From contig NC_087438.1 in NCBI RefSeq assembly GCF_036321535.1, forward strand, positions 95,294,001-95,358,000: DNA of 64,000 nucleotides. The letters run 5' to 3'. This DNA is from Camelus dromedarius (lineage: Eukaryota). Positions 1 to 12,835 of the stretch are shown here, one piece after another. The notes beneath the pieces were generated by a model. The model did not search any database, had not been told where the DNA came from, and saw only the letters and a program-made list of their open reading frames with translations. Made by a program: the position numbers and the translations under genes. Within the stretch, counting starts at the first letter, position 1, and the number at the start of each line of letters is the position of its first letter.

Positions 1-189
1 AATGTTTTCCTATTTTTTATATTTACAACTTTGATGTTACACTTGACAAAATATACAGCCTGCTCTTCTTAACATCATAAATATTTAAACTAATTAACAA
101 ATTTTTATAAACCTTGATTTTAAAGGGCAGCATGAAAATATGGTATGGATATGCCGAGTTTACCTGGCTATTTCCTTAGTTTTTTGGCC

Positions 190-390
190 TTTGGGTTATT
201 TATAACTCGGATTATGTGTAACACCATAATGAACATCTTTGTACATTCATTTTTTTCCGCAGTTTATTTTTCCTTAGGAAAAATTCTAAAAATATAACTA
301 TTGATTCAAAAGATCCATACATTTTAAGGTTCTTGATACTTGCTAGCCATTTTTTTTCCCAGAAGAATTGCATCAATTATACCCTTTTAG
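190..390 (-). mobile_element. Old L1M (L1ME-type) fragment
   Basis: 'aatgaacatctttgtacat...atttttccttaggaaaaattcta...ttgattcaaaag...cattttaaggttcttgatac' resembles the antisense L1ME ORF2-end/3' region; boundaries approximate. Confidence 0.6.
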
Positions 391-409
391 GGAAATTTCA
401 GATTTTTAT

Positions 410-570
410 ATAACATATATTGAGCGTTTACTATGTGCAGATGCTTTCAGAAGCATATTGTATCTAATGCTCATGAGGGTCCTGTGAGGGTAGCAAAGGG
501 AAAATGACCTGTCCAGGGTCATGGTGGATAAGGGGTGATGCTGACCCTTGAACCCAACTCTGGAGCACAC
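410..570 (-). mobile_element. MIR SINE fragment
   Basis: 'attgagcgtttactatgtgc...tctaatgctcatgag...acctgtccagggtca...cttgaaccc' is antisense MIR. Confidence 0.75.
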
Positions 571-797
571 ATTTAGGCTTTTTGTTTGGTTAATACTTCA
601 GCTGTCCCCGTTACCCTACCCATTGAAAAATAGCCTTCTCCTTGATCTCTATTCCAGCCACAACTCTTGTTCCCTGATAATTGAGTAGTTAATTTCAGTC
701 TCCGGGTAGAGAGAAGTAATATTAACAGTGGCTTCTTCCTATAGAAAAACCTCCTTGGTCTTTGGAAAAGGGAATGTTGAGCTATAACTTCAAGATG

Positions 798-812
798 CCA
801 GGAGAGGGCGCT
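798..812 (+). promoter_or_regulatory. Candidate CTCF core motif
   Basis: CCAGGAGAGGGCGCT resembles the CTCF core CCASYAGRKGGCRS with one deviation; motif match only. Confidence 0.3.
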
Positions 813-1379
813 GCTGGCCCATAATCTGCTTCAGAAATAAACAGAAAAGTTCTCAAGAGGAGGCTGACAGTTTTTGAGATGGTTTCCCTAGGAGAGAGAT
901 CTTCTACTGAAGGAATATTAAACTGTTGTTTGGCATACAGAGCTGTTTTCCAGTGAGACTCACTGGGGTTCTTTATTTAGGCTATTTATCCGTGCAAACA
1001 AACCACCTTGTTTTAAAATGAAAGGGGAGTCATGATCAGGCGGTGAATGGTTGTAAGTGGAAACCATCACAGATGCTTCTTAGAATAGTTCTCACTATCT
1101 CAGACAACAGTGAAATGCAAATGGGGAAATAGGACCAAATGCAAAATTTCCTTTTAGACTGCATTGGAGTTGAGTGTGTCAGGACAGAGCAGAAACCATC
1201 TCTGGACCTTCTCCCATTTTGTTCCTTGGACAACTGTTGATGTTCTGTATATGTTAGCTAAAGCGGAAGGTTTGTGCTCTCTGAGGATGCACAGAGACAT
1301 CCCTTCCCTGCTGTGATCTGAGCTCCTTTCTTGCTGGGAGCATGGCCATAGCATTCCTGGTTGGTTTTCTTTACCCTGT

Positions 1380-1940
1380 TGCCACATCTCCAACCCCGCT
1401 CCTGTCCTACACCGCAGCCTGAATGAACTCTAAGAATTGGATCCCATCACTTCTCTCTTGAGAACCCTGTAGTGGTTGCCCACCATCTCTAAGGTAAAAG
1501 TCTTCACATGTTTTACACTACCTTCAGAATCAAGACTCTACCTGCTTCCCCAACCCCGTTTTACACTGCTCTTCCTGCACCCCCCCCCCACGACTGTGTT
1601 CCCACCATGCTGAACTTCTTGCCTTCCGCATAACATGCTTTGCTCTTTAATATCTCCATGCTTTGCTCCTACTATTTTTCAGCCTATTGAATTCCTGTTC
1701 AGTCTTCAAAACCCAGCTAACAAGTCACCTCTTCCTGATATCCTCTCCAAATCTCCAGATAGTCACTTCTCTGTTGCTACTGCCATGGGTGATCTTAGGT
1801 CTACACTGTGCTGCTGTTTCTCATCTTGTTTGTCTATCAGTATCTGTACAGAGAGCTCCTACAGGAAAGGGACCATGTATCATTCAGCTTTTTATCTAAG
1901 CTTATGCCTGACATGTATTAGACCCTCCATGAACTACTAT
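1380..1940 (+). mobile_element. L2 LINE 3' fragment
   Basis: Pyrimidine-rich L2 hallmarks: 'ggatcccatcacttctctcttgagaaccctgtagtggttgccc', 'cagtcttcaaaacccagctaacaagtcacctcttcc', 'gcttatgcctgacatgtattag'. Confidence 0.75.
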
Positions 1941-3949
1941 TTGCATTTGGATAGAAAGGCTATTCAGGAACTTCAGTAATCTGGCAACATGCCATACATA
2001 TCATTCAAAAAATTTTGGAGGTTCTAAGCTGTCATTATTTGTAATTTTACAGTTCATACTTGTGGTGAGAACTTTTGTTTATGCTTGCTTTTATTCGTTT
2101 TTTTCTGGATGATTTTATTTAGAAAGAGGATATCTGAGGCTGGAATTTGGACCAAGACCAGTGTTAAGTCTCTCAACAGAGATGTAATTTCAGTGAAAGG
2201 AGAGAGTTTCCAATGGGTAAGAAGCGAAGCCTGCTGCAATTATTTGACAATGAAAACAAAGATTAAAGTGGTGAGGGAAGCAAGGATTGTTGAGAGCTGG
2301 TTTGTCCCACTCTAGGGAAGGAGAGATGGTAGACAACCAGAGTGAGTGAGGAAGGAGGGAGAGGAATGAGGGTGGGCATTTATTCCTCCTTCTGCAGCTT
2401 CTATTTCTTTTGCCCATGGCAAGAATTAACATTGGTGAAAGACATTTGCCCAGTTTCTATGAACTCCCTGTGTTCTTTCAGATGGTAATGAGTTCTGAAT
2501 GATCATTGCATCTTGAAATGTAGAAAGTCACTAAAGGGAACATTATTCACTCAGAGATCTGCGGAGCTTGTCACTTCACAATGGACACTATTTTAATGAG
2601 TCTTGAAACTCTTTATACTGGTCCTCTCTGCACACAGAAAGTTATAACTAACAGCCTGTATGACCACATGCCTGCACGTGCACGCACACACACAAACATG
2701 GGGTTTCACACACCCACTCTCCCACGGTGGGGTGACTCCGTTTCCTATTGATGGATGGAGCTCGTAGGTTGAGATGAACCATCTGTCTACCAAATGGCAT
2801 TTCTAGTGCTTCAATCACATCTCCAATAATCACTTCCCCTAAACACATTAGTGGGAAATGATGTAAAAAATAATTAAGTTTAACTATCCATTCCATTAGA
2901 AATGGATGATATCTATGTTCTATAAACTAGAGACATGTAGGAGAAAATGACTATTCCCACAACTCGTTGCGACAGGAATGTCTCTTCATTGTTGCATAAA
3001 GTTTGTCCTGGCAAGAGGAATATTTGAAAGCTTCATAGCTCAAGGGGAAAAAGTAGAGGCTTACTTTAAATGAAAGAGAGAACTACTTTTAAAAATGGAG
3101 AGGCAGAGATACTGGGAAGTTGATGATGAAGGTGAGTAGAAAAAAGGGGTTATGCCAGTAAAACTTGCTTGTAAGAGGAATCAAATACAGTCTAGAATGG
3201 ATTAGCCTAGCCTCTATGACTCATCAAAGTCAGGTTAGACATTTTGGTTCCTAATGTTGGCTTCTGGCTTAGCCAGATGCAGCATTTCTCAAATTTCCAT
3301 TAACTCACCTATGAAAAAGCCCTTCTCATCCTAAAGTAAGTGGACAGTACCTTTGTTCACCACTATCCACATAGTTCAAAACACAGTGAAGAAAAGGGGG
3401 CAGTCTCTCAATTGCTCAGATACTGCTTTTTGCACAGACGAAAAATTGCCCCTTCATTTCTTCAGTGCGCTATACACATAAACACACATATTTTTGAGCA
3501 AATTTTATACTATTCTGGGACATAAACTAAGACAACTAAAGAAAATATGTGGGAGGAGGGGAGTGTGCATGGTCTATCAGTGTGTACAAGCATTTTTTTT
3601 TCTCGAGAGGTTTTTTTCGGTTTTGGTTTTGTGTTTTTTTGTTTTTCAATCATAAGTAAAATAATTCAGATACACATGAAAGAGGTATTCTGATAATAAG
3701 ACATATTTGGAATCATTGCCTGTGGCGTTCTCCATTCGTTCAGAATAAAGAAGTCCAGGAAGGCCAGTAGATGCCTTCCCAGGCTAGATAAGGGTGCTGG
3801 GAAGGTGCCTCATGGAAACAAGTAAATTGGACTGGCAGCTTTGCTTATCATTTTGCTCTTTGGTTATAAAATAAGAAAACAAGGAAAAGTTGACTAGTGT
3901 TCAAAGGGACCAAAGATGGGTAACACTTATACCAACAGTTGGCTCTGGA

Positions 3950-5540
3950 TAAAGCTCCCTTATTCAAGCTCATGAGAGAAAAAACATGAGATCCATGAGA
4001 ATAGATGGGTAAAAGGTACGTTATTTTGTAGATGCAGAGGAATAGCAGATCTTTGAAGATACGGTATACATTAATCAGAAAAAAAGTTTAGGAAATTATT
4101 TGGATACTAAAAAGCTGCCAGGAAATATAGCCTCTGTGGAAAAAAAGCAGAAATCCTCAAGGATAGAATAAGCTAAAATGAAAATACAAGATAAAAAAAT
4201 AAGGATTTCAGGGAAGATAAAGAAAATAAAGATAGACAAAGATTTCAGGTAAACTAAAAATACAGAATTAAATCTACATTAGAAACATTAACAATCAGAA
4301 GTTGCAGAAAGTTCAATTTAGTGATGCAGATAACAACTTTAAAATATATTTGATGATTAGAGGAATGGAACAAATATTAAAATGGGGGTGATAACATATA
4401 GAGAAAAAGCAGTGAATAGTAATCACACTTAACAGTTATAAGAAACTGAGGAGAAATCCAGAATCATTGCTATTGAATCAATAATCAAGAACATAATTGA
4501 AGGAAATTTTGCAGAGTTTTTTGTTTTTTTTTTTAAGGAGGTACTTTAATAGTAAGATATTGTGGAGGCAGAGAAGCAGATCTTACTACACATTCCCAGA
4601 TAGAATCAATTAAAATGACCTACATCTAAATATAAATCTGAAATCAAATATTTTACTTACTTTCTTTATAAATAAAATAATTCTATAAGCATCCTTTCAG
4701 ATGGCCCCTAAATGACCCACAAATAAATAGTACTTGGCTGGCCCCAAACATTTCTTTTGTTTTTCTGATACTAAATAACAGAGGATAAGAGAACAAAGTT
4801 GTTGAGAAGGTAGTAAGATACAGTAATTCATATATGAAAGCAATAGGGAAACACTCTCAGATATCCTGACGTTAAATAAGTATACCACTCACAAAGCTAT
4901 CCTAATAAAAAAAAACAAACTTGAAGATGTAGCTTTAGCTGGTTAAAAAAATCAGGAATGAGGATGACATGTATAAAAGCACTGGAATTTCTGCTGCCAT
5001 TTGAAGTTTCTGTTCTGAGGAAATAATTTTATATGCTATGTTTATTGTTCAAAGATATAAATTGAAGCGTTATTTCTTTTAGCCAAAAGTTGTAAACAAG
5101 CTAAATGTTCAACATCAAAGAAATCTTCAAGTGTTGGATCATTATTCACTGATTTAAAGTGATATTTAGAGGAATTTGAAGGTTGTGAGAAAATATGATA
5201 CAAAGTTAAATTAAGAAAACATGGTAGACATTTGTGTAGAATAACCTTAATTTTTTTTTAACATTTTTTATTGATTTATAATCATTTTACAATGTTGTGT
5301 CAAATTCCAGTGTTCAGCACAATTTTTCAGTCGTTCATGGACATATACACACTCATTGTCACATTTTTTTCTCTGTGAGTTATCATAATAGAATAACCTT
5401 TAATAATATAAAAAACACCTAAGAAAACAGAGTGGAAGGAAATACAATGAATGTCAACTGTGGATGCCCCTCAGGAGAGGGACTAGGATTGAGCTGTATA
5501 TTTTTATGCAGTTTGTAAATTTTCTAAGAAAACCTTGAAG
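3950..5540 (+). mobile_element. Decayed L1ME/HAL1-like remnant (ORF1-like A-rich segment plus 3' pieces)
   Basis: A-rich, with L1 ORF1-like motifs ('ataatcaagaacataattgaaggaaattttgcagag', 'cacattcccagatagaatcaattaaaatgacctacatctaaatata') and L1ME 3'-like motifs; interrupted by the young L1 at 5249. Confidence 0.5.
5249..5388 (-). mobile_element. Young 5'-truncated L1 3' end with TSD
   Basis: Poly-T, then 'ttattgatttataatcattttacaatgttgtgtcaaattccagtg'; direct repeat TAGAATAACCTT at 5237-5248 and 5389-5400. Confidence 0.85.
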
Positions 5541-5979
5541 GTCAGGATGGAGAAGGCAGAAACAATTACAGAATTTTAGAACCTGAAAGGACTTTACTGA
5601 TTGTCTACTATTGTAATTCCCAATTAGGAAGACATTTCTGCAACTCCTCAAGCAAGTTTAATGCTTCAGATAATAACAAACTACATTTATTATACACTAG
5701 TTGTGGACTAGTCACTATGATAATTTCTTTGCATATAATCCCTCCAAGTTTAAAAAGTGTTATACATTTATTTACTCATCAAAAGGTTGAGAAACTGCAT
5801 CTGAGTTCTAACAGCTGTTCTCATTGCCCTTCTTGCTCCCTACACTTTGCGTGACCTAGTGTGTTCTCGTACTGCTAACAGCTGGCACACCTTGTTTTCA
5901 CTGCAGCAGATCATACTCTACTCTGGAGAAGAAGATATGTGGAATATTTTTGCAGAAGGAGACTAGTCGTACAACACGC

Positions 5980-6150
5980 TTAGAGCCTGAAGCTTGAATT
6001 GGCTTTCAAATATGACTCAACAACTTAAAAGCTGGATGATTTTAGGTAAGTCAGTTAACCTTTCTGACCCTATATCCTCATAGAAGTGTTCTAAGAATTT
6101 AATTAGGTGATACATGTGGAGTGCCTGGCACATTGCCTGGCATATAGACC
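5980..6150 (+). mobile_element. MIR fragment
   Basis: 'ggtaagtcagttaacctttctgaccc...gtgcctggcacattgcctggcatatag'. Confidence 0.65.
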
Positions 6151-6879
6151 TCTCTTATGTCTACTGATTCTTTCTACCCCTTCCCAGAGTCTTCAACACC
6201 CATACTGATGATTTATGTAATACGTTCACCTCATAATCTGAATTGAGGAGCACCCTCTGCCCCATTTTCAGACGTAATGGAACTGTTTTCCTTTGCCCTG
6301 TAACTTGCTTCAAGTGCCCTCTTTATTATGCTTTCTAATTGAACACTGAGTGCTGCAGTTCCTCTCGGCAAGAGCCTTAAGTGGCTTCCTGCTTCCTTGC
6401 AAATCTGCCTCAGATTCAGCCTGTTTTCTTTGCCTCTCACAATGGCAGCACTCGCCCCTGTGGAGACCTCCAGCAAGGCTTTCTAAACCATGAGGAGCAG
6501 GCAGCAGGCAGCTGCCTCACTTGCAGGACTGACTGACATCTTTGTTCAGCTGAATGGACAGACCTCAGGGAAACAGAGGAGGAAGGTTGAGTTTGAGCTG
6601 TATTTGGCCGCAGACTGCTCCTTCAACCCTGTCTGTCTCCCGTCTTCTCACTGACTGGCATAGACCACTGAAGCCTTCAGCAATCTTCTGCTCACCCCGC
6701 CCTCTATTCTGGAACATTCTTACATCCCCGTTGTAGCTCTCCAGATGGTAGCCATCCTTTAGCCCTCCATTTCCATCCCACTCCCCCCAGGAATCATGCT
6801 CTTACTGCCCCAGCCTACCTCATTCCCTGCCTCCCGTCAGCAGCCGTGGCACTAGGGTATTTCCATTACCCAGTTGTGT

Positions 6880-7100
6880 TTGAGAATGAAGACTGTGGAG
6901 TCAGGCAGAGTGGATCTGAATCTTAGTTCTTTCTCTTGCTGGCTGTGCGATCTTGAGAAAGAGTAATCTTTTCTAAGAGTTTCCTCATTTGTAAAATAAG
7001 GATACTAATAATACATGTCTCATAGAAGTGTTATGAAAATTAAATTAAAAAACACTTAGAAACGTGCCTTGCACATAGTTTAGTGTCCAGTAAACATTTT
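6880..7100 (+). mobile_element. MIR SINE
   Basis: 'ggagtcaggcagagtggatctgaatc...gtttcctcatttgtaaaataaggata...gtgccttgcacatag'. Confidence 0.85.
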
Positions 7101-8239
7101 TAAGTGACTTGCGATTTTCAAAATGAGCTCCTGTAGGACAACATTGATCATCTATCCATCCATTCATCTATCTCTCCAACACTTGGGACCCAGAGGCAAA
7201 CCAGACCCAGCCCACTAGGAGCTGGCAGGTTTACCAGGGAGACAGACACGCAAGCACGTTTATTATGATATGATATATCTGAAAGGCTTAGGACTTGCCA
7301 GCTTGGAACCTGTCAGTCTTCCCCATTGATGTGACAGCTGAGACGGGGTGTCCTCATTTGGCTGCAGTGTGCTGTCTGTCCATTGCTCCTGGCTGCTCAC
7401 TGAAGCCTCTTGGTCCCAGAGAAAAGCCTCGAAGTCTTGACTACACAGAAGTCTGGAGGGACCCATTCTATATCCTGATTTCAGTGCCACAGTAACCTCC
7501 TCTTTTGATGTATAGGAAATGGAAGAACTTTTAAACACAGGCTGCTGGAGCTTCTAGGACCTTTGCCAGGATTTTAATCCATCTGAACCAATTATTCCAA
7601 GTTGAAGGTCAGTGGACAAACTCAGGACTTGATCCTTGAATCAGACAGCAAAGGTTACAGGTCACTGTGATACCCTCTCAACACCTTCCACCTACCAGAT
7701 CTGTCTAAACCATCCCCAACAAGAAGTTAATCCTACCTTTGGAAGATTTTCAGGGGAGTCAGTTCCTGGATGCCCCTTCCAATGTGAGATTAATCATAAA
7801 ACCTCTGAATCATCATACAAAGATGTGAGAGCACACAAATACAGAAATCCTGTCCAGTTAGCTCAGAGGCTTACAAGAGCCTGTGAGCATGGCCTTAGTC
7901 AGGGCTGTGATTCCCACATAAGCCAGCTGCCTCCCTCTGATGCCTGCAGACCTAATGCAGATCAGACAACATGTGGTCTTCAGGGAACAGGGGAGAGTGT
8001 GGGCAGCTCTACATAGTCCCCATGACCAAAAATCAAAGGCTGTATCCTGAATTACTTCTGTGCCTTTGCCCATAACACTCTTTCCAATTGGCACTCTACC
8101 TGGCAAGATCCCTGGTGTTCTGGAAAAACATAGCTCATATGTCCTCTCTTCTGTGAGGGTTTCCCTAGTACACCATCCGTCACCTGATGCTTCCAGTTCT
8201 GTTCAACAGACATTTATGAGGTTCTCTTTTTATGACAAT

Positions 8240-8380
8240 GTGCACATGTCACTGCATTTTATGAGGTGTGTATATGTCTCCACGAGACTTGAACTATCCA
8301 GGGTCAGTGCCGTGTCCTCCCTGTTCTGGTGCTAAGCACAGAGTTGGAAGTAGGTGTGAATAGATAGGACCAGATGAATA
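8240..8380 (+). mobile_element. L2 3' fragment
   Basis: 'tgtctccacgagacttgaactatccagggtcagtgccgtgtc...gtgctaagcacagagttgg'. Confidence 0.55.
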
Positions 8381-9594
8381 GATGAGAGATCATAATTCCA
8401 GCCACACTAGTGGGGAAGGCACAGAGCTGTCATCAGCAAACAGCAAGAGGAATAGTGCCTCTGCTGGTCTCCAGGTGAGAGCTGTTGAAATGGGCAGTTT
8501 CTGACCTGAGCTGGAAGATACACTTTCAACCCCTTACTGGCTGTTTTCTCATAGAGCTTAGCAACTCTTTTACCTCCTGGCCATTTGACTTTGCTTTTTC
8601 CCTCACTATCTTGCTACATTTTACAATATTTAAGCTCTCAAGCTTATCTAGTATGTCTGTAGGTGAAAATAATATATAATGGTACCATAGGGACAACAGA
8701 GATGCTGTAGATGTAAATAAGCTTAAGAGCAAAGATAATAGTAAAAAGTAGCAAAATATAAAGTGATACATTTTGAATACATAGTACCTTTGTTTTAATA
8801 AAATTTATTTAATCATAAATTGATATAATTTGATGTTTAAAATAGCTGTGTTTAACAGCTAGCTTGGAAAATTCCTAAAAATGTAATGGTCAGCACCTGG
8901 GAGCTGGTGTGGGCGGGCTTCAGCCCCATTGTCAGCTGACTAACCCTGATCACTGCCCCCACCATCCCTCCAGGACTCCGCCCAGCAACGGGAATGCTGG
9001 GCAGGAGAACCACACTCCCGAGACTAGAGACTTGAGCCTCAGACTTGCTCAGAAGTACCAAAAAGCAAAGAAAGTCTGGCCGTTAGAACTGCCACTCTGC
9101 CGTCAGAGAGATTGGAGACTCCAGAGGCTGCAAACAGGTCTGTCCTTTATTCCACTTGCTATAGGTCGGTTGCCGGCGTTGTGGTGGGGGTTGGGCAGTC
9201 GGAGGGGTCAGGGTGACTCTGAAATGGGGATGTGTGTTTATTAGGGACGCTGTTGGAAACAACTTCTGGGAGGGAATGATGGCCGCAGACTGGACAGAGG
9301 GAGGGGTTAAACTGTGATGTAGGTGCCATGAGGGCCCCAGCTGATCCCCTGGGGAGCCCCAACACTGTGTGGGCTCTCCAGCGCTGTTCTGCTTTGAGGC
9401 AGAGGGCCAGGTCTTTGTATGCCACAACGTCCGGTCATGGGATGTGCTGTCCCTGGAGTGGAGGTGGCCTGTAGGACAGGCAGCTCTTTCTGCCCAGGGC
9501 AATGCCCAAGGAGGGGCTCAGCTGTAAGCCGTCTAGCAGGCAACACTCGTGGCAGCTGGGATGGGAAATGAATTCCTTGGTCTTGCCGGGGTCT

Positions 9595-9786
9595 GGTCTG
9601 TGCTCCAAGCAGCCTTTACCAGAGTGGGCCCCAGAGCAGCATCGGCTGGGAACTTGTTAGATCTGCACAAGTTTTTAGGCCCCACTGCAGACCTACTGAA
9701 TCAGAAACTTAAGGGGTGGGGTGAAGCATTGGTTTAACAAGCTCCCCAGGTGAGGCAGATGCTGGCTGGAGTCTGAGAGTAACTGC
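9595..9786. mobile_element. MER5A-like hAT-Charlie element
   Basis: 'agcagcatcggctgggaacttgttagatctgcac...ccccactgcagacctactgaatcagaaact...tttaacaagctccccaggtga'. Confidence 0.8.
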
Positions 9787-9793
9787 CTCTCAC

Positions 9794-10255
9794 TGGCAGT
9801 TCTCAAACTCTGGTCTTAGAACCCCTAACCTCTTAAAACTTACCTCAGACCCCAAAGAACTTTTGTTTATCTATATTTACCAGAAATTAAAACTAAGAGA
9901 TTAAAAAAATAATCTATTGGTTTGTTAAAATAACAATAAAAGCCTATAATTCTATGAAAAAAATTGTTTTCAAAATTAGAAAAAATTAGTAAGAAAACGG
10001 GCATTGTTCCACATTTTTGTGAAATTCTTCAGTGTCTGGCTTAGTAGAAGACAGGTGGATTCTCATATCTACTTTTACATTCAGTCAGTCTTGACATCAC
10101 ACATCATGTAGCTTCTGGAAAACTCTACCGTACACTTGTACACTTGAAAGAGAATGAAAAGGAAAAAAGCCAGATAGCATCTTAGCATTGTAAAAGTAGT
10201 TTTGACCTCGTAGACCTTTAAAGTGTCCCAGGGCCCCTCACTTTGAGAACTGTTG
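9794..10255. mobile_element. hAT-Charlie non-autonomous transposon with terminal inverted repeats
   Basis: CAGTTCTCAAA (9797-9807) and TTTGAGAACTG (10242-10252) are exact inverted repeats; flanks cctctcac/cacctcac match 6/8, like a decayed 8-bp hAT TSD; internal 'gaccccaaagaacttttgtttat' is Charlie-like. Confidence 0.75.
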
Positions 10256-12108
10256 CACCTCACCATCTCTCCTGGACCAGGTCTGATGCTATTAAATTTC
10301 CACATGTGAAGTAGTTTCGGATTGTGTCTTGGACCTCTTGAATGTCACTTGCAGAGACTCTGGATTATGTTATATCTGAAGAAGAATGTTTTTTGCTTCT
10401 GTTTTTGTTCCCTAGCAGACAGTGCACTGGGTTGGGCTCAGAAGGCAAGCTCTGTCTGTTGGGCAGCAGCTTAATCCGTTCCTGCTGTTCCAGTCTGTTC
10501 TCTGTGTACATGGTTCAGGGCTCAACCAGAGACCTGGGCAGCGTTTAAACACAGGATTTGGGGCTCTGTCCTTTCTGAGTGCCCCCCTCACTTGTCCAGC
10601 AGCCATGGTTGTCCCACCTCAGTTCTCTGGTTTCTGCTGGAGTTTTAGCTGCATGGAGTGTTGATTTCAGCTTGCCCTCAGGCTAAAACTCCCCACAAAA
10701 ATCTCGACCTCCTGATGCCTTTCCTTTGTTAGAACTGACATCTCCACTTGAGAATCTGCCTGATCTTTGTCACCTACTGATGCCTTTGGATCATTGTTTT
10801 GTGGTGTTTTTTTAGGTCTGGGTGTTATTTGTAGGAGGGTAGCATGGTCAGGAGCTACCTGGTCACAGGGGAGAGTAAGGGGCACGGGACATTACGGGGG
10901 ACATTCTCAAGCCTCCTCCTTCCCTACTCACAGGGAAGAGTACTTAAAGTAGCTTCTAGGACCCTGTGAGTAGAATTGCTGTGAGATGACACTTGATACA
11001 TGGGCATGATTCACTTTCTAGCTGCTTCCCTTCCTGTGGCAAAGGGCCAGGCAGACACAGGTCTGCTCCGTCCTGTGGATTCAGCCAGTCACTGTTTCTC
11101 TCTGGATGCTCTTCTTTCTCCAGCTTGGCCCCGGGCCCAGGACAGTCTGCATCAGCTGAGGTCCAGGCTGGCTCCGGGCTGAGGGCTGAGACCCTCTCTG
11201 GTGCTGTCACTTCTCTCTGGTTGCATTCTTCGTGTTGATGGGTTTTATACTGGACCAGCCTTTGGGCTGTAGCTGTTTAGACCTAACTGGCTTAGGAGAA
11301 AGATACCTACCAGGTTACCAGAGTTCTCTGTTTTGGGGTCTGAGGCAAAAACCACTGCTGATAATACATCGTTTTGTTGTGTTTGCTGTGTTTTCTTTTT
11401 GCCAGGCATTTCCCCATATTTGCCTCTCTCTCTGAGACCTCAGAGGGAGGAAAGTTGACTGGCAGGGTAGGATTAAGGAGTCCCCAAGTGCTTAGCAAAA
11501 ATAGTATCTAACAGTACCCCAAAGTCACCCTCAGTGCCACCTGCAGACACCATTGAAACTTGTCAGGCATGTGCTTTCTCTCATGCCACAGCCCAGAGTC
11601 ACAGGATCTGAAGGACTGAAGCAGAGTCCAGAGTCTATAGACATGGAAGACCTTACTCAGGACTTGAGGCTTACCCCAGCCTCATGTGTCAGGGCACCTA
11701 CCAGGTGTTACAGTGCGTGACGTCCTGGGCTGTAGGTGTCTCCTTTCACACCTGGCTCCTCTGCTGGACTAGGAGAACCTCAGCTTCCAGGAGCACATCT
11801 TTCTTCCCTTTTACCATCTTGGTGCACATTGTTCTGTTTCTGTTCTTGAACTCAACACGCCCAGGAATCAGGCAGATTAGTTCTATTTCAAATCCTTGCT
11901 ACAGAAGCTGAAAGAGCCTGGCAGCACCATTCAGTGTGATCCCTATTCCAGTCTAGATGACCCTCCTCCCCCAGCCCCGCAGCACCTCTCTACACCTTCC
12001 TTCCCTGCCAGGGACCCCACTGCCACCCTCGGCCCTCTCTCTCAGGGATGATCGCAGGCCTCCTTCCCTAACAGCCTCTTCTCTTCCCTGCCTAAAGCTT
12101 GTGTTCTC

Positions 12109-12520
12109 TGTACCAGTCAGGGTCCTAGCAGTGAAAATATGGCATATTCAAGCTGGATAACTTAGGGAGAATTTGATAAGGGGGTGTTTGACAAAGATAC
12201 AGTCAAGGTTTAAAGAAAAATTGAGGGAGAATGCAGTCTCCAGGACTGGAGAGGGAGCTCTGTGGTGTGGATAGGAACTGGTATGGGGAAAAGGGACACA
12301 GCCAACCTGTGGGACACCCAATAGAGAGAGAAGCGAGGCAAGACACCCCAGCATCTCTCTCCTCCTGTCTTCTGATCTGCAGTTGGCTTCACTGCAAAAG
12401 ATAACTACAGACATCTTCCACTGCAGGCGTAACTCAACCAGAGCCAGCAGGCAAGAGAGCATGTTGAAGCAACATACAGGAGGTCAGGCTCCTGGGCACG
12501 GGGCAGGGTGCTGAAGGGGG
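12109..12520 (-). mobile_element. MaLR LTR, MLT1J/K-like
   Basis: Begins 'tgtaccagtcagggtcctagcagtgaaaatatggcatattcaagctggataacttagggagaatttgataaggg'; right boundary approximate. Confidence 0.7.
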
Positions 12521-12639
12521 ATGGGAGATGGGCCTGGAGGAGCAAAGAGAGCATCACCCAAGACACTCTTCATCTCATCCTACTTTCTTTCCTGCTGACT
12601 CAAGAAAAGGAATAGAGGGACTGCTTTATTCCATTGACG

Positions 12640-12835
12640 GTAGCACAGTATAATGGATGGACATTTTTGTTTTTATCTTACCTGCTTCATAATGTTGAGC
12701 AAACCACTTAATCTGTATGCATCTCGGTTTCCACCTCTACAAAATGATAATAATACAGGGTTTTTTATGAGGCTTCTGTGGTGAGTATAAAGCTCATAGG
12801 CTGAGGCCTATCACATAGGAAGCCTCAATAAATGG
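12640..12835 (+). mobile_element. MIR SINE
   Basis: 'tagcacagtataatgg...tgagcaaaccacttaatctgtatgcatctcggtttccacctctacaaaatgataataata'. Confidence 0.75.

Noticed and set aside
7636-8016. 126-aa ORF
   Set aside because: TTG start, random composition, no homology.
9159-9546. GC-richer segment with three overlapping minus ORFs and an AATAAA 8 nt after one stop
   Set aside because: In-frame stop just upstream of the GTG start, no good acceptor and no homology; overlapping ORFs are expected at higher GC.
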